Positions 45,414 through 55,610 of a stretch of DNA of 64,000 nucleotides are shown here, in pieces. The stretch lies in IMG/VR virus record IMGVR_UViG_3300032236_001082, positions 1 to 64,000 of that record. One strand, written 5' to 3'. This DNA is from a virus. Made by a program: the position numbers and the translations under genes. The stretch's first letter is position 1. Each line of letters begins with the position of its first letter. Under the pieces are notes generated by a model that had not been told where the DNA came from, searched no databases, and worked only from the letters and a program-made list of their open reading frames with translations.

Positions 45414-45666
45414 TTCTTACTCCATTAATTGTAAAATGCTGTACTGTATATCCAGCATTAATTCTCTTTAATTCTTTTCTAATCGCCCGCCACATACCCC
45501 ATTTGGTAAATGCTAGACCACCGTTTCCTTGCCTAAAATAACGCTTATGCTCATCGTTCCATTTTTCAATATGCCAGAACTTTTCATACTTTGGATATTG
45601 ACCATGACCGCCTCCTGGCTCTACTACAATACGGTATAAGGGTTTATCTTTCTTACTCATGACCAA
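45406..45666 (-). CDS. Hypothetical protein
   Basis: Overlap-coupled ORF. Confidence 0.55.
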   Translation of the reverse strand: MVMSKKDKPLYRIVVEPGGGHGQYPKYEKFWHIEKWNDEHKRYFRQGNGGLAFTKWGMWRAIRKELKRINAGYTVQHFTINGVRID

Positions 45667-45902
45667 TCTCCTAAATGGCTTAAAAACTTACCACAATCAT
45701 CGCAAGTTTCATCAGAATCCCCGCATTGATCACATGTAATTCCATCCCATGATGTATTTTCATGTTTGCATAATTCTTTTTCAATAGCTTCTACAGCATC
45801 TCTAACTTTTCCCCATATTGATGAGCCATAGTTTTGATTCATATATGTGATTAATTCTTGACCAGCTTTTGTTTTAATACCTTCTAGCAGTTCGTCGCTC
45901 AT
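45657..45902 (-). CDS. Hypothetical Zn-ribbon protein
   Basis: CKH...CDQCG...CDDCG. Confidence 0.55.
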   Translation of the reverse strand: MSDELLEGIKTKAGQELITYMNQNYGSSIWGKVRDAVEAIEKELCKHENTSWDGITCDQCGDSDETCDDCGKFLSHLGDWS

Positions 45903-46486
45903 GCTAATTCCTTCTCAATGGCATTAACTGCTGCCTCAGCTATGCAAGCGATACAATTCATTTTGGTGCGTGGCGGTACTTCTTCATGTCTCATATGAGG
46001 ACATAAGCCATTCAAAATGCGAATAGATTGCTCTACCTTGCCCACTAATTCATCATGTGTCATTACTTCTTCTTTCTAGCTATATGATGATTTACATTAA
46101 TATAAGTATTGATCCATACTCCAATAGCAATCATAGCATCTAAAATATTATGAAACATTAGTAACCCCCCAAGCAATTGATAGATTTAGTGTGTCGAGTA
46201 TACTGCATCAGGTATTCAGATTTGGTAGGTGCATAAAATTCTTTTTGACACGCCCCGCAATTGCCAGACCATTCTTCTTCAAAGAAGTTGTAAGTCATAA
46301 GTTTAATTAATGGATTGGTGCTTATTGGCGGTGTCTTTTTTTGTTTCCGTATTTGTTCTCTACGTCTTGTTTGCATCTGTCTACAATCGCTTTCGTTAGT
46401 AGTTCAATACGACGGGATGCTTCAAGAGCACGGATATCATCCCAATCCATTGGATCTTCTTGCTGGTTCATACCCTATTATAGCAA

Positions 46487-47203
46487 TTATGGATATTGTT
46501 TGTCAATAGCATTAAGGATTGATTCCCTTAACTTATTTTGTTTAAATCTTTCATAGTGATCTGATAGGCGTGAAAAAGGAAATTTATAACGAGATTCTAT
46601 TGCAATACTAGAATAACTAGATAGCTCTTCATTCATTTCAAATTGAATAAAATTTATCTTTTTGTCAGTCATAAATTCAATATAAAATAATGGATCGTTT
46701 TTATTTAATTTAAATTTACCAGATTCATTCCACATTTGATACTGTGTTGGGTATGCTCTAAACCATTTGCCCACATCAAATTCTCCTGGGATTAAAGAAC
46801 AGTCGCCAGAAGTCTTATCAAAATAAGGACTTGTAAATCGTGCAACGACTGACTCATCAGCAAAGAATAAATAAAAAGACTGATAAACAAACATAGGCCC
46901 ATAACCTTTAATGTTTGGATCAACATCTTGAGATAAATTAATTACACTATTGTTTACATTAATTATTTCTTTGCTGCCATAATCATATTCGGCATCGGCT
47001 GGGCTTCGTACAATATAAACATTTTTAAATAAATCTTGAACAGCTGGACAAGAAAATAATGTTTGAGTTGTACTGTCTGGGTGCTTTGATTTGCTTAAAG
47101 TTTTAAATAAAGGTGTTGGTTCCTCAAAGGTTAGGACGGGGTTATCTTGCTCTTCCCCGTTTATTTGAACTGACCAATAAACATTTATTACATTTTTATC
47201 CAT
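46487..47203 (-). CDS. Hypothetical protein distantly resembling the DUF6065-type genes; leaderless
   Basis: CPA.....N.Y.V.SP, IPG.FD.GKWFR, DPL.YI.F; TGGTATAAT 6 nt before ATG. Confidence 0.6.
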   Translation of the reverse strand: MDKNVINVYWSVQINGEEQDNPVLTFEEPTPLFKTLSKSKHPDSTTQTLFSCPAVQDLFKNVYIVRSPADAEYDYGSKEIINVNNSVINLSQDVDPNIKGYGPMFVYQSFYLFFADESVVARFTSPYFDKTSGDCSLIPGEFDVGKWFRAYPTQYQMWNESGKFKLNKNDPLFYIEFMTDKKINFIQFEMNEELSSYSSIAIESRYKFPFSRLSDHYERFKQNKLRESILNAIDKQYP

Positions 47204-47239
47204 TAATATATTATACCAAACTAGTATTTTCTATATGAA

Positions 47240-47267
47240 CCAAAATGGTCCCGTAGGACCATTTTGG
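47240..47267. terminator. Perfect 12-bp hairpin in intergenic gap
   Basis: CCAAAATGGTCC-CGTA-GGACCATTTTGG. Confidence 0.55.
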
Positions 47268-47387
47268 CTTATCATATTTATGAGATTCGTAGTATTTATT
47301 TATCTTTTTTAAGATTTTTATATTTACAATATAATCTCATATTGGATTGTATGAGTACAATGATGATACCTAGAGGCAGGAAGTGAA

Positions 47388-47756
47388 TCATGTTTCAGAT
47401 TCCTCCCCTTCTCCTGTGACATATTCTTTGATCTGACTTAATTCCTCATGCATATGCTGTAATAACTTTTGAGTTTCCATAGAAACTCGCAAGTCTCTGT
47501 TCATGACCTTTCGATCACGCTCAGATTCCCTGTCAGTTGCAGATAAAATTAAACCAGATAGCAAGATAGCTTCTAATGAAACTATCATTGTTAAAAGCCC
47601 AAATGGAAACGGTTCAACCTTGAACACAATCCAAGATGCAAACCAGATCACATGAAATATAAGAAACCAAGGGCTTCCTGCTACATGTGCAGACCAGTCT
47701 GCTAGTGCTTCTATGCTTTTTTCTATATGTTTTATTGCTTTTTTGATATCCATCAC
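47388..47756 (-). CDS. DUF1003 membrane protein
   Basis: AD......GS.WF..FH..WF..W...PFPFGLLT.IVSLEAI.LS..IL. Confidence 0.85.
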   Translation of the reverse strand: MMDIKKAIKHIEKSIEALADWSAHVAGSPWFLIFHVIWFASWIVFKVEPFPFGLLTMIVSLEAILLSGLILSATDRESERDRKVMNRDLRVSMETQKLLQHMHEELSQIKEYVTGEGEESET

Positions 47757-47983
47757 CTCTTTGTAAGCAGTAATGAGAGATACCGCTTACAAGATAATTA
47801 TATCATTAATTAAGTTATTTATATACTTTTAAGGCCACAAGTAATAATTAAACAAATCATTACGTATCTGTCTAATCTCATACATGTTAATTATTTCTAA
47901 CAATAAAACTAATCCTGCTATTGAAACAAAAACCCAATTAAGTTTCACTGGATCTTTATGCCAAGGTTTCTTTCTTACTGCCA

Positions 47984-48211
47984 TTACTTTAAATCAATCT
48001 TTGGAGCACTAGCAAGTTTAGCTGTATCCATTAATGAATTAATGTAATACATGTAACGTTCTACAATAAAGATTACTTCATCTAATACTTCATTAGATAT
48101 TTCTTCTGTTACGTTTTCTATCTTACCGTCAATTGCACGTTGCTCAACAACATCACGTGCTACGTTATAAACTACTTCGTTTAAATCATTTGGGCTTACT
48201 GGGATTTCCAT
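47984..48211 (-). CDS. Hypothetical protein
   Basis: 75 aa with AAGGA RBS. Confidence 0.55.
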   Translation of the reverse strand: MEIPVSPNDLNEVVYNVARDVVEQRAIDGKIENVTEEISNEVLDEVIFIVERYMYYINSLMDTAKLASAPKIDLK

Positions 48212-48333
48212 TTATTCCTTGTCCAATTCTTCTCTTATTTTTCTTCTTAACAGATGCAGTGTGTATGGGGCATCATGATCATTTTCTTTTAAAAAGTCAG
48301 ATATCTCTTGATATACATTCTTTTTAATAATAT

Positions 48334-48702
48334 CTACTGCTCCCAATATGCAACACCATTCTCATCACGATCATCCCAGCCTGGTCCTGTCATGCCCTCT
48401 AAGGCACCTTCTACCAAGCTTTTGATCTGCCTTGCCCTGCGTTCTTCCTTAACCATTTGAAGGGTTTCAAAGTAACCAGCCCCATCTACGATGTTATCTC
48501 TTTTAGGGCGGTTGACTTCACGACTAATCTTTAACCCAACCATACATAAAGCAACATTTTCTGGAGTTACTTCTATGCCTAAAATAGCTGACCAAATCTG
48601 TGCCGTGCGAGAAAAATCTTCAAAAGGGTGACCGTAGTTTTCTCCACGTTCGCCATGGACAATTCTCTGAGCCTCTTCTAAAATTGATTCTTTATTAGCC
48701 AT
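48334..48702 (-). CDS. DUF6378-like phage protein
   Basis: ILEEA...V.G.R...YG.P...F...A..WS...V...M..LK.SR......DN..D.AGY. Confidence 0.8.
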   Translation of the reverse strand: MANKESILEEAQRIVHGERGENYGHPFEDFSRTAQIWSAILGIEVTPENVALCMVGLKISREVNRPKRDNIVDGAGYFETLQMVKEERRARQIKSLVEGALEGMTGPGWDDRDENGVAYWEQ

Positions 48703-48907
48703 TTAAATATGCCTTTAAATATCCTTCTCCTGCATTTGGTCTTGTCTTAAGATTTAAATCTTTTCCGTATTTAAACATAAGTCTTGAAACGTAAGCTAGA
48801 TTCTCCATCTTTCTATGCTTTCTTTCTAAATTCTTTCTTGTACGTCTATGTCCTACACGCTGTGCTTTTGCACCTAAACCCTTATGCATTGTTATCCTCA
48901 TATCCAA
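48695..48907 (-). CDS. Basic hypothetical protein
   Basis: K/R-rich, overlap-coupled; start uncertain. Confidence 0.45.
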   Translation of the reverse strand: MDMRITMHKGLGAKAQRVGHRRTRKNLERKHRKMENLAYVSRLMFKYGKDLNLKTRPNAGEGYLKAYLNG

Positions 48908-49196
48908 ATAGAACTGCGCTGTTTACAAAGTAAAACTTATCTCCCGACGCATCTTTGATTTCTGTAGCATGGTTTGGAGAGTAGTATACTACCATACCAG
49001 CTTCAATTGTGTCAACTGGGTAAAGCTGTCCATTAAATGAACTAACTTCACCTGGACCAACTTTAATTACTGTTCCTCGCTTTAGATCCTGCTCAGTGGC
49101 AGTTGCTGTTAGAACCAATCCTGAAGCGGTCTTTGATTCTGTTGTTTCAATTTCTTTAACAAGCAATAGCTTGCCTAAAGGGTTTAAATTAGTCAT
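48882..49196 (-). CDS. groES: Co-chaperonin GroES-like
   Basis: PLG...LVK.....SKTASGLVL......GTV..VGPG. Confidence 0.85.
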   Translation of the reverse strand: MTNLNPLGKLLLVKEIETTESKTASGLVLTATATEQDLKRGTVIKVGPGEVSSFNGQLYPVDTIEAGMVVYYSPNHATEIKDASGDKFYFVNSAVLFGYEDNNA

Positions 49197-49398
49197 TTTC
49201 CATATCCATTTCTATATAATCTGGGCTATCTATCGGTGTGCCTATGGTGTATTTTGTATCACAATTATAGCATTTACCATTAATTCCGTACATTCCAATT
49301 TCATAATCTTGTGGGTCAACCACAATCCAAGTTACAAATCTGCCAGAGCTACAATTAGGACATACTGGAGATGGTATGCCAGTATAATCTATACTCAT
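49189..49398 (-). CDS. Zn-ribbon hypothetical protein
   Basis: G.P..VCPNC...CYNC...TP.D. Confidence 0.6.
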   Translation of the reverse strand: MSIDYTGIPSPVCPNCSSGRFVTWIVVDPQDYEIGMYGINGKCYNCDTKYTIGTPIDSPDYIEMDMEND

Positions 49399-49574
49399 CC
49401 TAAGTAAATTACTCTAGCGACGGTCATGCAAGGATCCCCGCCGTCTTCCCATTCTTTAACTTCTTCTTCTGTCATTACATCATAACCACCGTCATGTGTT
49501 TGACAAAATGGATTACTTACATAACCCTTATTAACACCTTCGTTAAACCAATCCCAAAACTCTGTATCTGACAT
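49395..49574 (-). CDS. Small hypothetical protein (59 aa)
   Basis: Read manually: W...G...GYVS.PFCQTHDG...E.EDGGDPC; coupled at both ends. Confidence 0.55.
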   Translation of the reverse strand: MSDTEFWDWFNEGVNKGYVSNPFCQTHDGGYDVMTEEEVKEWEDGGDPCMTVARVIYLG

Positions 49575-50128
49575 TATTTGCTCCTCGCAGCCTTATTTGC
49601 TTTTTGCTGTCTTACAATTTGAAAAGGTCCAGATGTATAAATATCATTGTTAGCAGCAATCTCTAGTGCTTTTTCTACAGAAACACCAGCGTACAACGCA
49701 CCAATAGCGAATTGTGAACCATTGCCCACACCATATATGCCGTCGCTATTCAGCAAAACACTAAAATCGTTTCCGATATCAAACACTTCTCCGTTGTATG
49801 CAAACAACATGCTGAAACCAGAATCTTTATCTTCATTATCTTTCTTCCAACCATTTTCTTCTAACGCTTCTCTCATGGCTGGAATAAACTTTACAATCAT
49901 GAACTTGTAAAGGTCTTCACGTTCTTTAGCTGTAGGAACTGGGGGAACAAAGATATGCTGAAGGATATCGCATGGAGTAGAGTCACCACTACCAGCTATC
50001 AACCAGCCGTTATTCTTCGTAATCTTTTCCATTTGCGGATGCTTATTTGGTCTTGATCCATCAGAAACCTGAGAGTCAGCACCCATTGTAACGTTTCCGT
50101 TTTTTACTACCGCTACGATTGTTGTCAT
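49574..50128 (-). CDS. HslV/proteasome-beta-like Ntn peptidase
   Basis: N-terminal (M)TTIVAV, GADSQ, KI, AGSG, G.GSQFA.GAL, D.YT. Confidence 0.82.
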   Translation of the reverse strand: MTTIVAVVKNGNVTMGADSQVSDGSRPNKHPQMEKITKNNGWLIAGSGDSTPCDILQHIFVPPVPTAKEREDLYKFMIVKFIPAMREALEENGWKKDNEDKDSGFSMLFAYNGEVFDIGNDFSVLLNSDGIYGVGNGSQFAIGALYAGVSVEKALEIAANNDIYTSGPFQIVRQQKANKAARSK

Positions 50129-50421
50129 CCGTTTACCTGCTTTAAGATTTCATCTGATAACTTTGCTGTGATCTTGTCACCTAGCAGACCATCGTTTATC
50201 TTATAAACTTGGGGAATGCTTTTAATGTTGTATTGGTTTAAGTACTCAGCACCAATCTTATCAACATCAACAAAAAAGTATTCACGTGACTCGTCTTGCA
50301 TAGCAGCTTTTGCCATTTGAGGCTTTAACTGCTTGCATGGACCGCACCATTCAGCACTAAAGTAAACAACAGCATCCTTTGCTGCAATTACTTCTTCCAT
50401 ATCATTAGTTATCTTAATCAT
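50125..50421 (-). CDS. trxA: Thioredoxin
   Basis: F.AEWCGPCK, VDVD, I.SIP. Confidence 0.9.
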   Translation of the reverse strand: MIKITNDMEEVIAAKDAVVYFSAEWCGPCKQLKPQMAKAAMQDESREYFFVDVDKIGAEYLNQYNIKSIPQVYKINDGLLGDKITAKLSDEILKQVNG

Positions 50422-50429
50422 TTCTGCTC

Positions 50430-50660
50430 CTAAGCAATTAATTCGTTGGCAAGAATTTCGTTGCCAAGATACCTACGTTTAATTATAAATTCTCTAACAG
50501 AGTCTGGGCCCTTTGATCGTGCACAAAGAACTACAACCCAACGTGGCTCTAACTTAAGGTCAATACAAGATTGACACATCAGCGAAGAAACCCCATCAAT
50601 AAGTTCTGACTTCTTAGGGTGTAACTCATTCTTTTGTTTACCGCAGGAATAACATTTCAT
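50430..50660 (-). CDS. Zn-finger hypothetical protein
   Basis: CYSC...CQSC...EPRW. Confidence 0.65.
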   Translation of the reverse strand: MKCYSCGKQKNELHPKKSELIDGVSSLMCQSCIDLKLEPRWVVVLCARSKGPDSVREFIIKRRYLGNEILANELIA

Positions 50661-50830
50661 TCCTCTTCCTCCAAATCATCATAAAGCAATTCGTAATCAT
50701 CCTTTTCAACAATCACGTCGTACATAACTCCACCGTACATATATCTAACTCTAGAAGCATAAGCTCCTTCTGAAACAAGTTCAGCAAAAATGCCTTCTTT
50801 AATTAAAAGGACTTTTCGGTGCAGGGACAT
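50657..50830 (-). CDS. Small hypothetical protein (57 aa)
   Basis: Read manually: G.L.SEGAYASRVRY; ATGA overlap. Confidence 0.5.
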   Translation of the reverse strand: MSLHRKVLLIKEGIFAELVSEGAYASRVRYMYGGVMYDVIVEKDDYELLYDDLEEEE

Positions 50831-51068
50831 ATTTTATTCCTTCTATTTCACATCGAACCCCAAAGGATTCTATCAACTGTCTACAAAGTAACAAGTACTC
50901 CATGATATCTGCTCTCTTATCAATTTCGTATTGCATTATGTTTTCTTCGTATACAGTCAAAGCTAGATAGTTTGGACGTGCTCTTACGTCCATCTTAAGA
51001 TCCTTTACTGGCATCTTAACGTTTCGTATGGCTTTTGCCATAGCTACATTATAAAATATTTTTTCCAT
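50799..51068 (-). CDS. Hypothetical protein
   Basis: 89 aa directly downstream of whiB. Confidence 0.65.
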   Translation of the reverse strand: MEKIFYNVAMAKAIRNVKMPVKDLKMDVRARPNYLALTVYEENIMQYEIDKRADIMEYLLLCRQLIESFGVRCEIEGIKYVPAPKSPFN

Positions 51069-51369
51069 GGATTTTCTTTAAAGTATTCCAAGTTTCTGCG
51101 CTTTTGTGCAAATTGTTTTGCTTATCTATGCGCCCTAGATCCATGAAGATTCCTCCACGTACACCAAATTCTTTATTAGCAACGCCTTCTTTATAGCATT
51201 GCTTAATAACTGGACAACTCAAACAAACTTCGTCTGCAGTTTGTGCCATGATCTTATCGTTTTCGTAATCATCATAAAACCAATTGATGTTCATCCCAGC
51301 ACATGCTGCTAGGTGGTACCACTTTAGATCTTCCGCATCAATTCCTAATGACTTAAGTATATTTGACAT
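51049..51369 (-). CDS. whiB: WhiB-family Fe-S transcription factor
   Basis: W...AAC......F...A..VC..CPV...C...G......GV.GG: four Cys plus G[VI]xGG turn. Confidence 0.9.
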   Translation of the reverse strand: MSNILKSLGIDAEDLKWYHLAACAGMNINWFYDDYENDKIMAQTADEVCLSCPVIKQCYKEGVANKEFGVRGGIFMDLGRIDKQNNLHKSAETWNTLKKIHGKNIL

Positions 51370-51586
51370 ATTTTGATGGAATTAACCATGTACCCTTGTC
51401 TGTTAGAGGGTAATTATTTGCATATCCCCAACGATTATTTTTAAACATGCCATTTGTTTGGCTAAAACCATTATGACCTGGGGACCACTTTACAATTGTG
51501 TAACCGTCCCAATAGAACCCAGCCTTTTTGTTATCTTCAACAAACTTGTGGGCCTGGTTGTAGTTTAGTTCTTCTACGTTTTTCAT
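51353..51586 (-). CDS. Hypothetical protein
   Basis: F.WDGY.IV.W......G.F..NRWG. Confidence 0.65.
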   Translation of the reverse strand: MKNVEELNYNQAHKFVEDNKKAGFYWDGYTIVKWSPGHNGFSQTNGMFKNNRWGYANNYPLTDKGTWLIPSKYVKYT

Positions 51587-51711
51587 ATTTGTCTTGGCAA
51601 CTTGCTTTCTTTTTGTGTTTTCTGTTCTTTTAAAAGATTCTTAATTTCTTCTAAAAGGCTTACTATCTGAGTAAGCTGGTCTTCTATTATAACATTTTTA
51701 TTCATTATCTG

Positions 51712-52083
51712 TCAAGCACTTTCCACTATACGGGTGGGAATCCCATATTCTTTTAATATTTTAATAAAGGATTTAGTCCTGTTGCACCCAGTAGAAAATA
51801 CAATTGCATATTCTAAACCAGAATCCATAACTGCCATATCATTAACAACAGGAGCTTTTCCCCTGTGCAATTCTTCTTTTAATTTAAAATTCTTTTGCCT
51901 TAAAAATCTTTCGGTCTTGCCAACGTATTCAGTTACCATATTTTCGGCACCCTTAAGACCAGTATGTACTAATAGGATATTGTCATGTCCAACATCATGT
52001 GCTTCTTGAATGAACACAGTCATGTTACGCATAAGATCTGGATAGTCTACCCAGTCCTTACTACCAAATACTCCTACCTTCAT
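51712..52083 (-). CDS. SLOG/DUF2493 (YspA-like) protein
   Basis: V.VFGS..W.DY, LVH.G.KGA, GIP. Confidence 0.55.
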   Translation of the reverse strand: MKVGVFGSKDWVDYPDLMRNMTVFIQEAHDVGHDNILLVHTGLKGAENMVTEYVGKTERFLRQKNFKLKEELHRGKAPVVNDMAVMDSGLEYAIVFSTGCNRTKSFIKILKEYGIPTRIVESA

Positions 52084-52100
52084 TTTTTCTCCCTAGAAAT

Positions 52101-52131
52101 GGGACAGCGGAGGTTTTAATCCCCGCTGTCC
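52101..52131 (-). terminator. Terminator-like hairpin
   Basis: GGACAGCGG...CCGCTGTCC. Confidence 0.65.
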
Positions 52132-52148
52132 TATACTTTATAATAAGA

Positions 52149-52904
52149 TTAAAGCTTACCGTGAATTCTTGGTGCGAATGCTCCGCCCCAAACTGATTTC
52201 TTCATCTCTTTTTCTTCTTTTGCTTCGTCTTCTTTAGACTCTGAAGCTTCTTCTTCTGCTGATTCCTTTTCATCTGCTGCTTTAGCGATGCTATCGAAAC
52301 CTGCTGCTTCGTGATCTGGAGCTGTCTCTGCTGATACTACTGGAGCACCATCTACAGTCTTTTCCATAGGCATAGATTGACCACAATGTGGGCACTTCTC
52401 TGCTGCTGCTTTAGACATTCCTGAACACTCGCAAAGTGTCATAGACTTACCGCAATCTGGGCAGTCTGCTGCTTTCTCTATAGGCTCAGTAGTTTCTCCC
52501 TTTGAAGGAGCTTCTTCTGTTGTGTTTGCAGTAGTTCCAACTGTTGTGTGTGGAATCTCTGCTGACTTTGTGATAGCAATTGCACTCTGTGCATCTGGCT
52601 CAGTTGTTGCTGTACCAGGGTTTGAATAAGAATTTTCTGTTGTTGTTGATGTATTAACATCTAATGTTTTTTCTGTCATTTTTTTTTCACCACCGTTCGT
52701 AAATAAATTTGAATCAAACATTGATGCAATATCCTTATTTTCTGATACCACATGTTGTTTGACATAGTGTTCTAAGTGATTATCGCTAATCTCTTCGTGC
52801 TGACTACTAGATGAGGAAAATGGAGAAACAACGCCAGGATCTGGCTTCCACGACTTTAAAATTTCTGCAGTTAATTTTACTACTTTATCGTAGACGTTCT
52901 CCAT
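52149..52904 (-). CDS. Acidic low-complexity protein with Zn motifs; putative internal head protein
   Basis: Repeated [ILM]xK[SAT] sites, C-terminal KKSVWGGAF; possible internal start 52679. Confidence 0.6.
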   Translation of the reverse strand: MENVYDKVVKLTAEILKSWKPDPGVVSPFSSSSSQHEEISDNHLEHYVKQHVVSENKDIASMFDSNLFTNGGEKKMTEKTLDVNTSTTTENSYSNPGTATTEPDAQSAIAITKSAEIPHTTVGTTANTTEEAPSKGETTEPIEKAADCPDCGKSMTLCECSGMSKAAAEKCPHCGQSMPMEKTVDGAPVVSAETAPDHEAAGFDSIAKAADEKESAEEEASESKEDEAKEEKEMKKSVWGGAFAPRIHGKL

Positions 52905-52917
52905 TATTCCCCCTAAA

Positions 52918-53175
52918 TTAGTTAGCTGTTGGGCGTGTTGCGTTGTTTACGCTACCCTGCTCTGTTGACACGATTGGTCCACCAAATGCTGCACCTGTAG
53001 TCATTGACTCGTTTGCACCTGTAAGTGGGCTCTGTACTGAAGCTCCTGACATGATCTTTGGCTCGTGTACTCCAAGATTCGTTACAGCGTGAGCTGCTGC
53101 AGAATTTGGGGATGATGCTGATGTTACCTCTGGAGCTGTTGCTGCCTGAGATGGGGTCTGCTGATTGTTATCCAT
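52918..53175 (-). CDS. Low-complexity hypothetical protein
   Basis: GGAGG RBS, own TGCGCTATAAT promoter. Confidence 0.6.
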   Translation of the reverse strand: MDNNQQTPSQAATAPEVTSASSPNSAAAHAVTNLGVHEPKIMSGASVQSPLTGANESMTTGAAFGGPIVSTEQGSVNNATRPTAN

Positions 53176-53221
53176 ATTTCACCTCCATAGTGATTGTATC
53201 TATATTATAGCGCATTAATGA

Positions 53222-53524
53222 TTAATTTGGGAATGGAAAATCAATGCCATTGGCTTCCATCCATTCTATGCCTTTTTTAGTTGCCCTAAATCCAGCATTT
53301 AAGTTCTCGTCATATTCAATTTCTACAAAGCCCTGCTCGTATAAATTCATTAGGTCAGCGTCAATATCTAGCATAATTTCATCATACAGCTCTGGCATAA
53401 CCTCTTTAAGACGCTCAAGGTCAAATCTAAATATAGCCTCACCGTCTTCTGCCATGCCGTCCCAAATAACGGCACCCTGCTCCTCTAGCCAGCCAATAAT
53501 CTTATCATCGTCTTTATCAACCAT
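53222..53524 (-). CDS. Acidic winged-helix-like hypothetical protein
   Basis: Start 53524 preferred; L..LYE.GFVEI.YDE.L......T..G. Confidence 0.6.
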   Translation of the reverse strand: MVDKDDDKIIGWLEEQGAVIWDGMAEDGEAIFRFDLERLKEVMPELYDEIMLDIDADLMNLYEQGFVEIEYDENLNAGFRATKKGIEWMEANGIDFPFPN

Positions 53525-53528
53525 TTGA

Positions 53529-54413
53529 TTATTGTACCGCCTTTGCCATATTAATAGCAACGACATTTTGCTTTACCATAATGTTGGTATAATTTGTACC
53601 AGTTGATTTAATTAAATCGTACTCTTGGCTATAATTAATATTTTTTGAATTAGCGATCTTTAGCCAATCTGCACCGAATACAGCCACAGAAAGTGAAGTT
53701 CCGTAGTCTGACTTGAATTGGTTATTTGGAATAGCAACTGTCATATTGCCATTAGCTGCGAAGTCCACCTTTGAAGAATAGTTGGCATATAAAGCTAAAC
53801 GCCCCTTGTCATCAATAGCACTAATTGCTAGCACTCCTGGCAAACATGCGGGATTATCAACAGCAGTATAGTTAAATTCATTTCCAGTAGAAACAATTAC
53901 TGGAATGTTACTTGCAATAAGTTTATTAATAGGAGATACGTAACTGGCAGATAGGTTGCAAGAACCAGTACCACCTAATGGCATTACTACCGCTCCAATA
54001 TTATACCTGGCAGTGTTAGCAACTACCCAGTTTAATGATGTGGCAAGCATGTCAGCGTTGCAACCAATGTAGCCATTTGTACCAATTAAAGAAGCACATC
54101 GAAATTCAATAATCTTAACATTAGGATCCGTTTGAGTTGCTGCTGAGGCAACTTCTGTGCCATGGCCCCAAGAAGAATTTGAATACATTGATGGAGTAAC
54201 TGTAGCTGCGCCTGTACCTTCCATAAAGTTCTGCTTGTTTGGACAAGCGTTATAGCCAGATACGCAAACTTCGTAAACAATATTATTTTTAATGGATGAG
54301 TGCTGAATGTCAACACCAGTGTCAATAATCACCATTGTTTTTGATGCAGCAGCGTGAGCTGGGTTAACGATGGCAGCGGAAAATAACGCTAAAATTACAA
54401 TTAGCTTCTTCAT
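53529..54413 (-). CDS. Secreted subtilisin-like serine protease (S8)
   Basis: Signal peptide; IIDTG, HGT, (S)TGN, GTS catalytic motifs. Confidence 0.88.
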   Translation of the reverse strand: MKKLIVILALFSAAIVNPAHAAASKTMVIIDTGVDIQHSSIKNNIVYEVCVSGYNACPNKQNFMEGTGAATVTPSMYSNSSWGHGTEVASAATQTDPNVKIIEFRCASLIGTNGYIGCNADMLATSLNWVVANTARYNIGAVVMPLGGTGSCNLSASYVSPINKLIASNIPVIVSTGNEFNYTAVDNPACLPGVLAISAIDDKGRLALYANYSSKVDFAANGNMTVAIPNNQFKSDYGTSLSVAVFGADWLKIANSKNINYSQEYDLIKSTGTNYTNIMVKQNVVAINMAKAVQ

Positions 54414-54450
54414 TTATATTCTTTCTCTAGTAGTTATAAGGATAATACTA

Positions 54451-55167
54451 TCAGTTAGATAATATGCTGTCAAGCTTATCTATGATGCCATCCATAATTT
54501 TTTCAAATGTTTCTTTATTTGGATGGTCTAACTTAAAACCAGCATATTGAGGATCTAAGCAGTCTCTACATGTGTGGCATTCGTAAGATTCATCAAGCTT
54601 ATCAACACCTAATATATCTTCTATACTAATTGGTTTATCTAAACCTCTTGCTTCACATTCTTGCTGTAAGTATTTAATAAATGCTTTCTGGTACGGTTCC
54701 CGCTCTTCAAATGGCAATAGTGGGCTACCAAATCCTAAGATGTTAGTAAATTGTGGCAAAGGCTCTACAAATATAACCCTATTGTTTTTAAAGTAAGCTA
54801 ACGTTCTGTCTATATAAGTTTTAACTGCCACTTCTGGATTCTTAAATCCTTCTAGCGGTAAGAATTGCTTCACATCAATATAACCAAACCAAGGTACAAC
54901 AACAAACTCTTCATCTTTATATTGCTCTAAACAAGGATAGTTGTTGTCTTCATAATAAGAACCTCGGTACCCAGTCTTACCTCTGTGTCCAGAAAAATAA
55001 ATTTCTGTTGTTCCATAGTCTGGAGTTGTCTTACCCATATGGTTTTGAATACATTTTGAAGTTACTGGTATATCTCCTGGACCAAAGTAACAATCTTCTA
55101 CAATACCAGTAGGCAAAGCATTGCGTAATCGCAATGTGTGGCTATCGCCAATAATTAAGATCTTCAT
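54451..55167 (-). CDS. SGNH-hydrolase-like protein
   Basis: IIGDSH block I; G.ID; C-terminal DHP. Confidence 0.55.
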   Translation of the reverse strand: MKILIIGDSHTLRLRNALPTGIVEDCYFGPGDIPVTSKCIQNHMGKTTPDYGTTEIYFSGHRGKTGYRGSYYEDNNYPCLEQYKDEEFVVVPWFGYIDVKQFLPLEGFKNPEVAVKTYIDRTLAYFKNNRVIFVEPLPQFTNILGFGSPLLPFEEREPYQKAFIKYLQQECEARGLDKPISIEDILGVDKLDESYECHTCRDCLDPQYAGFKLDHPNKETFEKIMDGIIDKLDSILSN

Positions 55168-55610
55168 TACATAATTGATTTCTTGATAGTGCTAGAAAGC
55201 TGCCAGTTCCATTTCTGATGCATGGATTCTCTTATTTCTAAATCGCCAGCTATACCAATCTGACCAGCTTCTTCTGCTGCTTTATGTGCTACTCTTAAAT
55301 CATTAATAACTATTTCGTTAGACATCAAAAAGCTTTCAATCTGATCAAGCGGGTTATTCCCAAAATAAAATGAACTAATGTTTCTATTCTCAATAAACTG
55401 CTCTAGCATGTGTGGGGCTGGAGTATTAAGTTTACGTAACATCTCTGAAATATCATCAATAGACTCATAAACATCTTCATAGATTTCCAAGAACTTAGAA
55501 TGCATCTCTGGGAATAGCATGCCCTCTACATTCCAGTGATAGCCGTGAATTTGAAAATAAGCAGTAACTACGTCTGCTTGTAATTTCTTTAATGCCTCTG
55601 TTAATTCCAT
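55167..55610 (-). CDS. dps: Dps/ferritin-like protein
   Basis: HGYHWNVEG..F...H..F...YE.....D.I.E..R; H.K..W.L. Confidence 0.92.
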   Translation of the reverse strand: MELTEALKKLQADVVTAYFQIHGYHWNVEGMLFPEMHSKFLEIYEDVYESIDDISEMLRKLNTPAPHMLEQFIENRNISSFYFGNNPLDQIESFLMSNEIVINDLRVAHKAAEEAGQIGIAGDLEIRESMHQKWNWQLSSTIKKSIM

